Part shown: piece by piece, positions 1-12,513 of the stretch
Layout of the letters: each line of letters opens with the position of its first letter
Numbering within the stretch: the stretch's first letter is position 1
Assembly (NCBI RefSeq): GCF_964355755.1
Contig: NC_092674.1
Coordinates: 6,014,001-6,078,000 of the forward strand
DNA from: Antedon mediterranea
Taxonomy: Eukaryota; Animalia; Echinodermata
Length of the DNA: 64,000 nucleotides
Direction: 5' to 3'
The notes under the pieces: model-generated
Database searches by the model: none
Told to the model about the DNA's origin: nothing
What the model saw: only the letters and a program-made list of their open reading frames with translations
Program-made: the position numbers and the translations under genes

Positions 1-94
1 TTTTTTTCTGTTTTTGTTCATGTAAGGTATGGTATCGAAATACATCAAATGATTGATTGAAATTGAATTGATTGAAATACAGTATATATTTATA

Positions 95-228
95 CTGGGT
101 AACCTCTTCAGTCAAAGATTCTACCACCAGAACCATGGAGTGAGTGAGCCTCGAACCCCTGCCGATGTTTTATGGCTACTTAATTACGGTTCCACTGTCT
201 TAACCACTTGGCCACTCACTCACTCACT
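95..228 (-). mobile_element. Internally deleted copy of the same SINE
   Basis: Matches the head (17047-17148) and tail (17313-17339) of the 17-kb copy with the core missing. Confidence 0.75.
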
Positions 229-282
229 AAATAACATACATAAAGTTAATACAGTATTTAAAGATATTATATTATAACTTAC

Positions 283-3200
283 TTGGCAATAAAAACTGTT
301 AAAATATTCTTCAATTTAACTGGGAAATATTCTTGTTTGCAGACGTAAGCCAGTGTTATAAGAATTCCTGATAAATCAGCAATCGGTTTAATTTTATCTT
401 CACTCTGGAAACAGAAAACATCAAAAAGATTTTTACATATTAGTTGTGTTTATTTTTATATTATATTGTAATAAAATTACAATAAATAATATTTGGCAGC
501 CTTTGGGGTTTTCTCAACAATAATGGTTTCTCCAGGACTAAATTATATATGTGTTTTTTTTGCTTTTGAATGTTTTGTTTTGGCGTCCCTGACATAAGCT
601 TTTGCTTTTTGGTGATGCCACCATTTTGGAAATAAATGTTGATTTTGATTGATTTATTGAAAAAACTACTACACTATTTTCTTTTTTTTGTTGTCACTTT
701 TTGTTTACATTTGTATAAAAAAAAACTAAAAAATAAATTTTGTAAATACCTTGATCAGACCCATGTGTACAAGTATTGTGTTTAACACTACATCCATTTT
801 CGTATCGTTATCTTTCAAAAACTGGCCTAAGATTGCATCTACAGAAAAAAAAAACACCGACAAATAATGTTCAGAAAAACATCGTGCAAAATTAAAAAAG
901 TACTTTGATATAATAAGTAATATGATAATCATAAAGCTCTGTCTACACTATCTAACTTTCTGGAACAAAAAAAATGTAATGTGCCCATATATGGACACAA
1001 TGATGTCATATCACTACCATATTTGGGCACATCACAATGTTATCCAACTAGTTTGAAAGTGTAGACAGAGCTTTAGTAACTTAAAAAATATTTATTTTTT
1101 TCCATTTATTATTTTTAATTAGAACACACTAATGTAGAAAATATATGATAGATATTTAATAGACCAACCTGTGCATTCATGAATGGCCTCTATGACCTTT
1201 GGCCTTTTGCTATCCATCACTATGGCAACATTCATAAACACCTTGATTACACTTTCTACATCCGATTGTTTGTCCTGAAAATGTAATGTATTTAGAAATT
1301 CAATAAAATAATAATATCAATAAAGCTTTGTCTACACTATCAAACTAGTGTGTGATGCGCCCAAATATGGTAGTGCTATGACATCACTTAAAGACCCCTT
1401 CCCTGCAATTTTGGACGTTTTTTGGAAAATAATACATATATATCACTTTAAAAACATTAAACCATGTCATTCCTTGTCTTAAATGTACGTTTTATGGTAA
1501 ATTATGATAAAAAGTGAGAAACAATGCACTACCTAAGTAGCTCGCGGCGATCGACCTCTCGTGGACGGTCTTAGGCCTAGCCTAGCTAGGCTTAGTTTTG
1601 TAGGCCCAGCTGGTAAACATCGGTAACGTACGAACATCGTACGCGAGCTATATACCTAGCCTGACGTTGTATAGTTGCTGCATTAATTGTCTTTCTATTT
1701 TTGCCAGACTCCGTTGATACAAATTGGGGAAAACCCGGTATTTTCGCTGAAAAGTTAGGAGTCTTCCATTTGTTTTGGCCTCACGATCGATCGAAAAGTG
1801 GGCGAATTACAGGTGAAAAACAAAAATATCAATCCGCGCGCAATGCATTTTGGGATTTATAGCGGACCGCTATAATTATTAGAATCGGCTTATTTTTCAC
1901 ATTTTTAACCGTTTAAAGACGAAAAAAGTTATCGCAATAGGACCATATAGTATTATTTTTACATTAAATATAGTTTGTGATCTTAAATTAGATCTAAAAA
2001 ACGTAGGGAATGGGGCTTTAAAGCTTGATAGTGTAGACAGAGCTTAAACCATGATCACTACTGTTGGACACTGCAAAATGTTTGAGGGAAAAATAGTGTT
2101 TGAGCTGTTGACTTGGAGAGCAAGCAAGAGGGTAGATCAATTGGAAGGCCAGTGCTAACATTTAATGCAAAAGGATACAGGCTTCAGTGTCTGTATGTAT
2201 GCAGAAATAGAAAGAATGGAGGTCCATAATTAAAGTCTGTTAAGCCCTGTCTACACAAAAAAAATGTTATGTGCCCATATGTGGACATAATGATGTCATA
2301 TCACTACCATATTTGGGCGTATCACACTTTGTCAAACTATAGTTTGATAGTGTAGACAGAGCTTTAAAAGACGCTGGATGATCACTCTTTTCATTCACTC
2401 TTCTTACCTTTAAATGGTTTGAGAATTTGTCGGCTCTGTCGTTTCCAATTCCCAGCAACTTATCAGCAGTAGGAAATGTCAGGAACTCTTCAACTGTATA
2501 GCTAACCTGTAAAGACAAAAATGCTTTGTTTTTAAACTCTAAGGCTCTGTCTACAATGGCTTAAAACTACTTTAACACGTTCACTGCCACGGCGTATTTA
2601 TACGTCAAAAATTGCGTGTCGCTACTTGCCAAGACGTAATACTACGTCAAAATCGTAGCACTTTTGTATTGTATGTAGAATCGCTGGCAGTGGTGATTGG
2701 AACAGGAATTATCGCATGGCAGTTTATGAATAATGTACGTAAACGATAATCTAAAAATAAATGTCATATGTTTGTTTGTGTTTATTCCCTCATGCATTGA
2801 ATATGGTTGATACGATGGCGCCCTCACACTCAATATAATCATCTCAAACATGTCATAAATTGCGCTAATAGTAAATAAAAATAATAAAGGATGAAATGAT
2901 TCAGTGTGGTTTACTGTTTTTATCTCTCGATGATAGGGTGGGTCAGAGGATGGGGGTCAGATATTGACCCCAGCTTGTGACCAGATGTTACACTTTCAAA
3001 CTGTAATTTAATATGTAAACGGGACTTGGCACTGGGACAGAAATTACGGAAAATGCCTTGGCAGTCAATGTGTTAAAAACATTCAAAAACACAAAACAAG
3101 TAGTATAAAATTGTGACAGTAGTACAATTGAAGCCAGTGTGTACGGAGTTTCTCATTTATTCGTATTAGTCTATTATAGGGTGTATTGTTGTTTGTTTTA

Positions 3201-6200
3201 TTGTTTATTAGTTTCCATAAAATAATACATATAATATAATTTTCTTAATAAATCATTAAATATTTATACATGTGGATGGTGGTCACAATAAGTCTAGAAG
3301 TAGACATCAAGCAGAGGCCACCATAAAAAAAAAGAAAAAACAACATTACAATGAGATTATTGTGCAATAATAAATCAAATAAAAATATAGGCAGAAAGGG
3401 TTATTACATATATATACATATACCGCATGTGGCTGCATATGTCATAAAATTCAGACAATATTAATTTACTATTGTATATTATTATAAAACATACGGTTAT
3501 ATAAATATTCATATGCATTACCAATATATACATATACCACCAGTGGCTACACATGTCATAATTCAGGTGAGAAGGGAAAAAAAGGGGGATACAAATGAAA
3601 AAAAAAGATATAAGTACATAAACAATGACAGAAATCATACTACAGGTACTAGACAAATATGTCAATCAATCAATCATACAAAAACTACTAAACCATGGTA
3701 GCTGGCAATCTAGTAAAATAATGCCTTACATCTGGACTGAAACATAAGACTCAAGGAAACAAGAGATCAAGTATTAAACCTATCATATGAATTAAATTAT
3801 TTTAAACCTGTCCGTCCACGATAATTCCATCGACATACAGCCACTGTCAATCACGATATTGTCTGTCAATCACTCTGTGTTGTTTGACAGAATAACATAT
3901 TTATGCAATTCTGATCAATATATACCTTACAATAGGGAGACGTTAGATGACGGGTTAGGTTTAGGAAAAAAAAAAGAATGACACATACTATATGAAGAAA
4001 TTTGTTGAAGTTAGGAAGAAAAAATGAACAAAAGATATTGTCATCCTTAAAGATATATGGTCCCCTGAAAAATTATTTTAATGTCACAGTTATTCACTTT
4101 CACAAAAGAAATGTTTACCTGAAGAAACTGTAATTTAAAGCAAAAAAATAGTCAAATTGACTGGAAGTCAATGGGTTTTTTGTTTAATTTAACCGTTTAT
4201 TTTGTCTTTTTATAAGTGACTTTTTTCTTCGGAAGTGATTAACTGCGAAATGGATAATTCAAAGTCTCTTTTTGTTAATCTTCATTTTTCATATTTTTGG
4301 GGAACAGTACATCTTTGATTTATATATTTCCCTGTATGTTTATTTAAAAAAGAATGTCATATGCCTATGAATGGCAAAGGCAGGCAAAATTTAGTTACTG
4401 CAGTAACTGCAGTTTTAGCATAGTTTTGACATGGTTGCTTACTTAGAGAAGAGTGAATTTAAAGAATAATTTGATATCCACAAAATTACCTTTCAAATGA
4501 AAAATACAACGATGAAAAGGTAAAACTATAATCTATGTTTATTGAGTTCAAATCAAACATAATATATACATCTTTAAAACTCCTGGGACGAAACTATACA
4601 AAAAAGTAATACCTTACCTTTTTCAGTTTTTAACTAAATGAGACAAAATACATACACACATTCAAAATGGAAATGTCATTTTCAAATGATTCAACATTTT
4701 GAAAAGTTTTACAAGTATATTAAAATTCAGAAAATATAATATTTACTATTGTATATTATTATAAAACATATGGTTATATATAAATATAATTATTGATATG
4801 CATTAACAATTTAAGATTTTAATTTTGGAATATTATTTTTTACTTTTACGGAGACTAGTTAATGGAATATCACTGTCTTTACATAAATTAGTTTTAGTAT
4901 TCTTCAATATTAACTATTTTGTATTTATGATATAAATAAGAGGTAGATTATGTGTCTGTTCCTACTTAACACGGGGGAAATAAAATCCAGATCGTGGCAT
5001 TCAATTGGAGAGATTACAGTAGTACAAAAAAATACAAAACCACTTCTGAATATATAATAGTAGAAATATAAACAATCATAACATTATTACTTCATAATCA
5101 AGAAGCCATGACTTTATGATAATAAATTACTCAAATTACAGTCAGTGCTTGTAGATATTCACAATTCAATAAAATAATTTCTGCCGTTAAACTTGGAAGG
5201 AACTATTTTTAAGTCGCTCTCGACAATAACATGTGTAATGGTGTAAATGACGTTTTTCTATATTTATCACACAATGGTCACACCTGATAAGAAATACACC
5301 TTCACCTTTGTTCTCCTTCCTTTCTTAAAACACGCAAAATAGTAAAGCTACACTATCAGACTAGATTAACAAAATAGTGTGATGTCCCAAATATGATACT
5401 GATATGCCCAAATATGATACAGATATGCCCAAATATGATACTGATATGCCCAAATATGATACTGATATGCCCAAATATGATACTGATATGCCCAAATATG
5501 ATACAGATATGCCCAAATATGATACTGATATGCCCAAATATGATACTGATATGCCCAAATATGATACTGATATGCCCAAATATGATACTGATATGCCCAA
5601 ATATGATACTGATATGCCCAAATATGATACAGATATGCCCAAATATGATACTGATATGCCCAAATATGATACTGATATGCCCAAATATGATACTGATATG
5701 CCCAAATATGATACTGATATGCCCAAATATGATACAGATATGCCCAAATATGATACAGATATGCCCAAATATGATACAGATATGCCCAAATATGATACAG
5801 ATATGCCCAAATACGATACTTATGTGCCCAAATATGATACAGATATGCCCAAATATGATACTGATGTGCCCAAATATGATACTGATATGCCCAAATATGA
5901 TACTGATGTGCCCAAATATGATACTGATATGCCCAAATATGATACAGATATGCCCAAATACGATACTTATGTGCCCAAATATGATACTGATATGCCCAAA
6001 TATGATACTGATATGCCCAAATACGATACTGATATGCCCAAATACGATACTTATGTGCCCAAATATGATACTGATATGCCCAAATATGATACTGATATGC
6101 CCAAATATGATACTGATATGCCCAAATACGATACTTATGTGCCCAAATATGATACTGATGTGCCCAAATATGATACTGATATGCCCAAATACGATACTTA

Positions 6201-9200
6201 TGTGCCCAAATACGATACTTATGTGCCCAAATATGATACTGATATGCCCAAATATGATACTGATGTGCCCAAATATGATACTGATATGCCCAAATATGAT
6301 ACAGATATGCCCAAATACGATACTTATGTGCCCAAATATGATACTGATATGCCCAAATATGATACTGATATGCCCAAATACGATACTGATATGCCCAAAT
6401 ACGATACTTATGTGCCCAAATATGATACTGATATGCCCAAATATGATACTGATATGCCCAAATATGATACTGATATGCCCAAATACGATACTTATGTGCC
6501 CAAATATGATACTGATGTGCCCAAATATGATACTGATATGCCCAAATACGATACTTATGTGCCCAAATACGATACTTATGTGCCCAAATATGATACTGAT
6601 ATGCCCAAATATGATACTGATATGCCCAAATACGATACTTATGTGCCCAAATATGATACTGTATGTGTAGACAAGGCTTTAGAAGTTGAGCAGTACTTAA
6701 AATGATGTTTGATTGTGATCATTAAAAGTCATTTCAAAATTCACACTTCAGTTTGGTCATAATTTGAGATTAGCCATAGTATCAGTCAAATCATCACTCT
6801 GAAACAAACCAAACAAAAAAATTGTTCAAAAAATGTCTAAATTTTGTAATTTTTTTTAACTTCGGTAGAAACTTTAATTTTGAAATGACTTTTTTGGTGC
6901 ATCAGACTTTCCGAAAGACATATTAAGCTCTGTCTACACCATCAAACTAGATTGACAAAAAAAGTGTGATGTGCCCAAATATGGTAGCGACATGTCCATA
7001 TATGTGCACATTACATTTTTTTTCACCTAAAGTTTCATAGTGTAGACAGAGCTTTAGGCCAGATCAAATAGAGTTGCCTGTACTATTAGGAAACCATGGC
7101 AAAAAATACAGAATGTTCTCACCTCAATGAAACCATGGCTGGGGTCGAGGCCAGCCCATGTATTAAATTAAATTTAGCATACCTGTGTATTTTCTTTCTT
7201 GGGTATAATTGCTGTTCCTTTAACCTCCAAAGCTGGGTCTTTTATCGTGGTACCTTCTTCATCCTCCTCATCCTCGTCTACATCTTCGTATTCATCATCA
7301 TCATCGTCTTCTTCATCATCACCCTCGTCATCACTGATAAATATTATTATTAATATAAATTATAGATTTTGGAAAGACGCTGAACATTTTGCAATTTTTT
7401 AAGTAGTTTATATCGGCTGCTGCTTTTACAGATTTTTTCGAGAGCTTTTCCAACTTTCGTAAGTCCTTGATTGACACTGAAGTGTTTAAGGTGAATTATG
7501 TTGCCAAACTTCCGACAGCATAATAAAATTAAAATAAACTTTGTTTGAAGCTCTTGAAAAAAAACGTAAAAGCAGCAGCTTATTTAAACTAAACTATTTA
7601 AAAATATATAAATTATACAAAAACAACAAAAGCACTATTCTTCCAAATATGGGCATTTTTAATTTTCAAAAAGATTTTACCTACCTGAGAGAACCCAAAA
7701 TATCAAGCTGGTCAGCGGCCTCCAACGTGCCTTTTACCTCTTCTATACCATCCTCACCTAAACAGTTACCTACAGAAATAAGACATTTTTAATAATAAAT
7801 CAGGCTTACTGTATATAGCTTATTACGCAAAAGCAAACAAACGGTAAGATTAAAAATTAAACTCCAAAAATCATTAATCCTTAACTTACCATTAAGGTCT
7901 AATTTTTCCATAGCTTTTCCATATAAACTTTCAACAATTTTAACAGCTGCTAAACTATTAATTTCACCAAAGGCTAAATATAATTCCTGAAAATAAGATA
8001 AAAACAAAGGCATGTTAACCACCAAGCGACAGCTCCACTACAACCACCAAGCTACAGCTCCACTACAACCACCATGCTACAGCTCCACTACAACCACCAA
8101 GCTACAGCTCCACTACAACCACCAAGCTACAGCTCCACTACCATCAAGCTACAGCTCCACTACAACCACAAAGCTACAGCTCCACTACAACCACAAAGCT
8201 ACAGCTCCACTACAACCACCAAGCTACAGCTCCACTACTATAAAGTAACTCTGTCCAATCTGAATAGCAGCGCATTATGCCACTCTTGTTTTACATACCT
8301 TAAGGGCAGGAACCCCATTCTTTAAGGTGTCTGCTAAAGCTTCTGCTCCTTCAGACTTCACTAAACAGTCGCCAAAGTTGATTACTTCTAACTTATCAAG
8401 ATGTTTAATTGACTAAAACAAAAGAAAGGAATTCCATCAAATCACTAAAGAGAGTTTGTACGTTTGATATAAACCTTTTAGCTATTGCAAGCATTTATAC
8501 ATATGGGGTATGAAAATAACCGTAACTGTAATGGGAAGATTTTTAAATACATTTCAATCAAGCGGGTAATCAATAAAACTAACGTTTTACTAGGTTTAAC
8601 TATAAAAATATATTTTTGCAAAAAATTTGACTACATTAACTAACCTTTGCCATGGATATAGCTCCTTTTGCTGTAAATGTGTTGTCATTTAAATTAATAA
8701 CCTGTGGGGAAAACAAATCACATACTGTAGATTTGAGGACTTTGTTGGTACAAACAAAAACAACATGTGATCATGACATTCATATCTCATCCTGTGTAGG
8801 ACACTAGGGAGCTTTCAAAAAAGCAAAGTGGGTTAGGCAAACCAGAGACAGCCCCTTTAGGCAACGCCCAATCACATTGCCTGTTCAACGGTCTGTGGAA
8901 GTTTTCTTGTATCCGCATGCGCATTGCAAATTGCACACTTCTGCGTCTTCTGTTTCGAAAGTTCTCTATTGTTGTGAGGTGGTTTCCTGAATAATCGTAA
9001 AATCAGAACGGTACTGGGTATGACCAACTAGCGTTCTTTTCACCAACTAGCCATCCATTCATAGAAGTACTGATGTAGCAGCCTAACTGTACGGCGACCA
9101 TAGAATGTGACCTTACTTTTAATGAAAAAGCTCCTTTTAGCACTATATTAGTATGAAACTAACTAAAAATATTACATAAAATTTCTTTTTGAACAACCAA

Positions 9201-12200
9201 AAATAGTATAAGCGAACTTACAGTACGTTTCGAAACCTATCAGGTTTCATTCTCAACTGGCGTTTCATCGTCTAGCGTTGTTAATCCCATGACGACGATG
9301 AGTTGGTATGAATGAAACCTGATAGCTTATACTATTTTTGGTTGTTCAAAAAGAAATTTTATGTAATACCTATTCCACAACCAGATGAAATTCTTCTAAC
9401 TAAAAATACTATAGAATCTTTACAATATGGAGGTCAGGCTTTGTAAGTTACCTTGAGGTTTTTGTTGTAAGCTAAAGATTCTGCCAACGCTGTGATCCCT
9501 TCATGATTAATTCCATTCTGAAACATCGCAATCTCCTCTAACGATTTTAAAGTCTACAAAAAAAAAATTAGATTTAAGTTTCAAATAATAAATGTTTTTT
9601 CAATTGAAAGATATATTTAATCCTACTTATTCTCTACTTACAATCCCTTAAACTCTGTCCACACTATCAAACTTTATGTGACAAAAACATTTGATGTGAT
9701 AAAAACATTTGATGTGCCCATATATGGACATGATGTCATATTCTACCATATTTGGGCATATCACTAACATATTTGGGCACATCACACTTTCTTTGTCAAA
9801 CTAGTTTGACAGTGTAGACAGAGCTTAACAGAATGTTAGCTTACCTTAAATGCCTTTGCAAGAGCTATAGCGCATGGGTTCTCAAGCCTGTTACGTCCAC
9901 ATATGAATACTTTAAGTTCTAATGGTTTTCCTGCTTGTGTGCTTAGCTTATGACATTCAATCAGTGCTTCTGCTAAAATCTAAACAATATAAGGAATAAC
10001 ATCACATTAACTAGAAATAATTGAGTATATGAACAAGATCTGTGTGCGAACAGGAACCACGTCATTTTAATCCAAGTCTTTGGAGCACAAAGTTGTGAGA
10101 ACAGTGTTTATAGTATGACTACATAAAATAAATAAACTACCATTTAATTTATGTCCCAAGAATGCAGAATAATTATTTATATTTATTTTTGAAAACCAAT
10201 TTTTAAATAAGTAATCTGTGGTCTCTATCATACAAATTTTCTAGTTCCCTGAGACCTCATTTCATCATTTTCTTGAAACACTGTACATATTATTTTTATT
10301 GTCATTTGATGAATAAATGTATTTATCTTTGGGACAAAACAAACTGTCCCTTTAATAGGGCTTTTACTGTAAATGGGTTCTACATTACAAGCTACAACAT
10401 ACATACCTTTCCTCCAATGCCAAGACCATTGTTGTTGAGCCTAAGTTCTTGTAATGAGTAACATGCAGTACTTGTAAGCAGCTCTTTGAAGGCTTTTACA
10501 CCATCAGGTCCAAAAGCATTGTCACTTAAATCAAGCTCAACTAATCTGGCACTGGATTTTATAATTGCACCACCTAGGCTCCTCTAAATTATTAAAAAAA
10601 AGATGATTTAAAATTACACCCCCTAGGCTCCTAAAAATTAGAAAAAAAGATGATTTAAAATTATACCACTTAGGCGCCTCTAATTATGAAAAGTGATGAT
10701 TTATAATTGCACCACTTAAGCCGATTTTCCACTAGGCGAATTTTTTCGCGCGTTTCTGTCTGTCATACTGCCTTCTTCGACGAATTCTAGTTCCTTTGAT
10801 TTTTCGCTTCAGCAAAATTTACTAGTTCGAATTGTTTCTACTTTTTGCAAAGCGAAATATTGCGCAACCAATCAGAGCTCAGGAAATGAGCTATGACGCT
10901 TTCATGAGCACTCATGCGAATCGAAATGCTCAGCAACCACGCGAGGAACATGAACGTCGCAGCTATTCGCTCATGTAGTGGAAAGAGAGTAGGCGATTTT
11001 TTTCTCTTCGAAACGTTGGATTCGCGCGAACAAATTCGCCTAGTGGAAAATCAGCTTTAGGCTCCTCTAAAATATACTGTATTAAAAATCCCAACAGAAT
11101 CTTACCAAGGCAGGAGGAATTTCTGATCGCAATCTTCCAGTAAACATGTCACTCCACCTGGCTCTCTGAAGGAAATATTCAAAAGAATTATTATAGCATT
11201 GCATAAAGCTGTTTACACTATCAAACCTTATATGACAAAAAAATGTCATGTACCCATGGACATGATGATTTCATACCACTATCATATTTGGTTATATCAC
11301 TACCGTATTTGGGCACATCACACTTTTTTTGTCAAACTAGTTTTATTTGATGATAGTGTGGACAAAACTTAACAATTCAAATTTGATTTAGAAATTGATC
11401 AAATTAGTAAAAATTAATTATTTTAGTAGTTTATTCACAGTAGGCCCATGAAATATCTTTTAAAAAATGGGGGATGGGGAATGAAAAGTATATATTAAAT
11501 ACTGTAGATTAATGCAGTAATTATTATTATTAATTATGCAGCAGAGATATGGAAGAGCCTGAACATAATATAATGGGTCCCACCCGCCTGGGGATGTACT
11601 CAAGATGAATGTCCTACCTGAAACTCAGGTCTTTTTTCTAATGCTTTAGCAATGGCTTCTGCTGCTTCAACTCCAAGTGTGTTTCCTTCTAATCTTAATG
11701 ACTGCACATCTTTTGCCTCTTCTATTGCATTCACAATTGGTAAAGCTGAAAATGAACAAATTGTTCAATTATTATACTGTCCTGCAATTCCAACAAATTC
11801 TGTACAATTTTTTTGTTTTCAATATGCCATTTTAATGTCACATAATAGTTATTCACTTTCACAAAAAATTTAAACTGTAGTGCAAGTAATTTAAAGTCGA
11901 ATTGACTGGAAATCAATAGGTTTATGGTTGAATTTAACAGTTTATTTTATTTTTTTTTTAAAGTTTAAAAAAATTTTTTTTCTTTATTTAAAAAATTCTT
12001 TTTTAATTATAAATCTTTAATAGTTTGTCTTGATTAATAATAGGATAGGCCTACCTAGGCCTATATTTGATTAAATTATTATTAATATTAAATTATTATT
12101 AATTACCTAATAATTATTAATCATCCCATACAAAAAAGTAAAAATAAGGTAAGTTTAAAAAAACAAAACATCATTGCATCAAGTTAAAGTAGCCGAGTGG

Positions 12201-12513
12201 GTGAGTCACGACTTATTTATGGAGAAAGGCATTCATGGTTTTCAAAATCATATCCATGAAAGCCGTGTTTCTAAAAAGGCTAGGCCTAGGCCCACCATAT
12301 AGGTCCCTCAAGAAAAATGGGACATGCCGCTTTCTGCACACAGGACACCCTCGCTCTGTCGCCCGCTGGAAATTCGAACCCCTGTTCTAAACTCTCACCA
12401 TCTTTGGCCTCGTCTAACTTCAAACTTTGTCCTTTGAACGATACTTCATTAATCTTGTCAACTTTAGCTTCTGCTAGTAGGTTTGTTACACTTGATATAT
12501 CGGATGTAGACAT
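283..12513 (-). CDS. RANGAP1: Ran GTPase-activating protein 1 (LRR + acidic region + C-terminal SUMO domain); 3'-partial, last exon outside window
   Basis: GT-AG exons that splice in frame: 12399-12513, 11618-11745, 11106-11165, 10407-10583, 9845-9979, 9452-9553, 8645-8701, 8299-8412, 7890-7986, 7685-7769, 7183-7333, 2408-2506, 1169-1274, 750-838, 283-404. Motifs [45 protein letters not shown], a D/E-rich tract, and the SUMOylation site MGLIK|SEDK. Confidence 0.97.
935..1071. mobile_element. PIF/Harbinger-like MITE family A (representative copy; ~25 copies in window)
   Basis: TIR AGCTCTGTCTACACTATC...GTGTAGACAGAGCT flanked by TAA/TTA. Other copies or fragments near 1324, 2243, 6926, 9652, 11207, 15309, 17512, 18590, 22501, 23587, 25005, 25860, 28257, 31950, 32204, 35105, 36571, 40208, 46370, 47875, 52553, 57993. 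Confidence 0.85.
1392..2017. mobile_element. Kolobok-like non-autonomous DNA transposon nested in a family A MITE
   Basis: TTAA on both sides; imperfect TIR AGACCCCTTCCCT / AGGGAATGGGGCT; MITE A halves at 1324-1387 and 2022-2044. Confidence 0.7.
2576..3072. mobile_element. piggyBac-like non-autonomous element
   Basis: TTAA flanks; imperfect TIR CACGTTCACTGCCACGGC / GCCTTGGCAGTCAATGTG. Confidence 0.65.
4047..4317. mobile_element. Kolobok-like MITE family (ttaaagatgtattgtcccc...)
   Basis: Related copies at ~11790-11950, 16743-16900, 53535-53860, 56340-56645, 57140-57395 and 63770-64000 share aatatgccattttaatgtcaca and ctgtaatttaaagcaaaaaa. Confidence 0.65.
5346..6678 (+). repeat. Harbinger-type MITE with internal 21-bp unit expanded to ~61 copies (gatatgcccaaatatgatact)
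   Basis: Degenerate family ends agctacactatca and gtgtagacaaggct; perfect 21-bp periodicity that gives rise to the spurious MPKYDTD ORFs. Confidence 0.9.
6757..6798 (-). CDS. RANGAP1: Candidate alternative terminal exon of RanGAP1 ([13 protein letters not shown])
   Basis: Strong acceptor ttttttgtttggtttgtttcag|AGT in the same phase (0) as the exon-11 donor; 13 codons then TGA; the peptide fits a leucine-rich NES consensus. Confidence 0.55.
   Translation of the reverse strand, partial: SDDLTDTMANLKL
7390..7600. mobile_element. Palindromic MITE-like fold-back in RanGAP1 intron 10
   Basis: gctgctgcttttac...ttttttcgagagctt versus aagctcttgaaaaaaaacgtaaaagcagcagc. Confidence 0.55.
8017..8240 (+). 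repeat. 21-bp minisatellite (caaccaccaagctacagctccacta-like, ~24-bp degenerate units)
   Basis: About 9 tandem copies in RanGAP1 intron 8. Confidence 0.85.
8805..8968. mobile_element. MITE with TAGGGAGCTT...AAGTTCYCTA ends
   Basis: Inverted termini; a second copy lies at 55692-55848. Confidence 0.55.
9172..9395. mobile_element. Penelope-like element remnant (inverted pLTR fragments)
   Basis: 13-bp direct repeat ctaactaaaaata at 9159-9171 and 9396-9408; internal inverted duplication; hammerhead-like motif. Confidence 0.65.
9221..9259 (-). ncRNA. Minimal type I hammerhead ribozyme-like motif (Penelope type, U3:A8 variant)
   Basis: Minus strand reads cag-UUGAGAA-u-gaaacc-ugaua-gguuuc-GAAAC-GUA-cug: stem I cag/cug, stem II gaaacc/gguuuc, palindromic ACGU stem III. 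Confidence 0.6.
10719..11056. mobile_element. PIF/Harbinger-like MITE family B
   Basis: TIR AGCCGATTTTCCACTAGGCGAATTT / AAATTCGCCTAGTGGAAAATCAGCT; TTA TSD on both sides. Confidence 0.85.

Noticed and set aside
5381-6663. CRISPR-like array
   Set aside because: Repeats are contiguous with no unique spacers, and the context is eukaryotic. The same applies to 60081-60398 and 62630-63389.
5361-6705. Long ORFs (MPKYDTD)n, (MILICPN)n, (GISVSYL)n as repeat proteins
   Set aside because: By-products of a stop-free 21-bp tandem repeat inside a MITE; open in several frames, with no gene structure.
8012-8325. ORFs with [11 protein letters not shown] repeats
   Set aside because: Translation of an intronic minisatellite.
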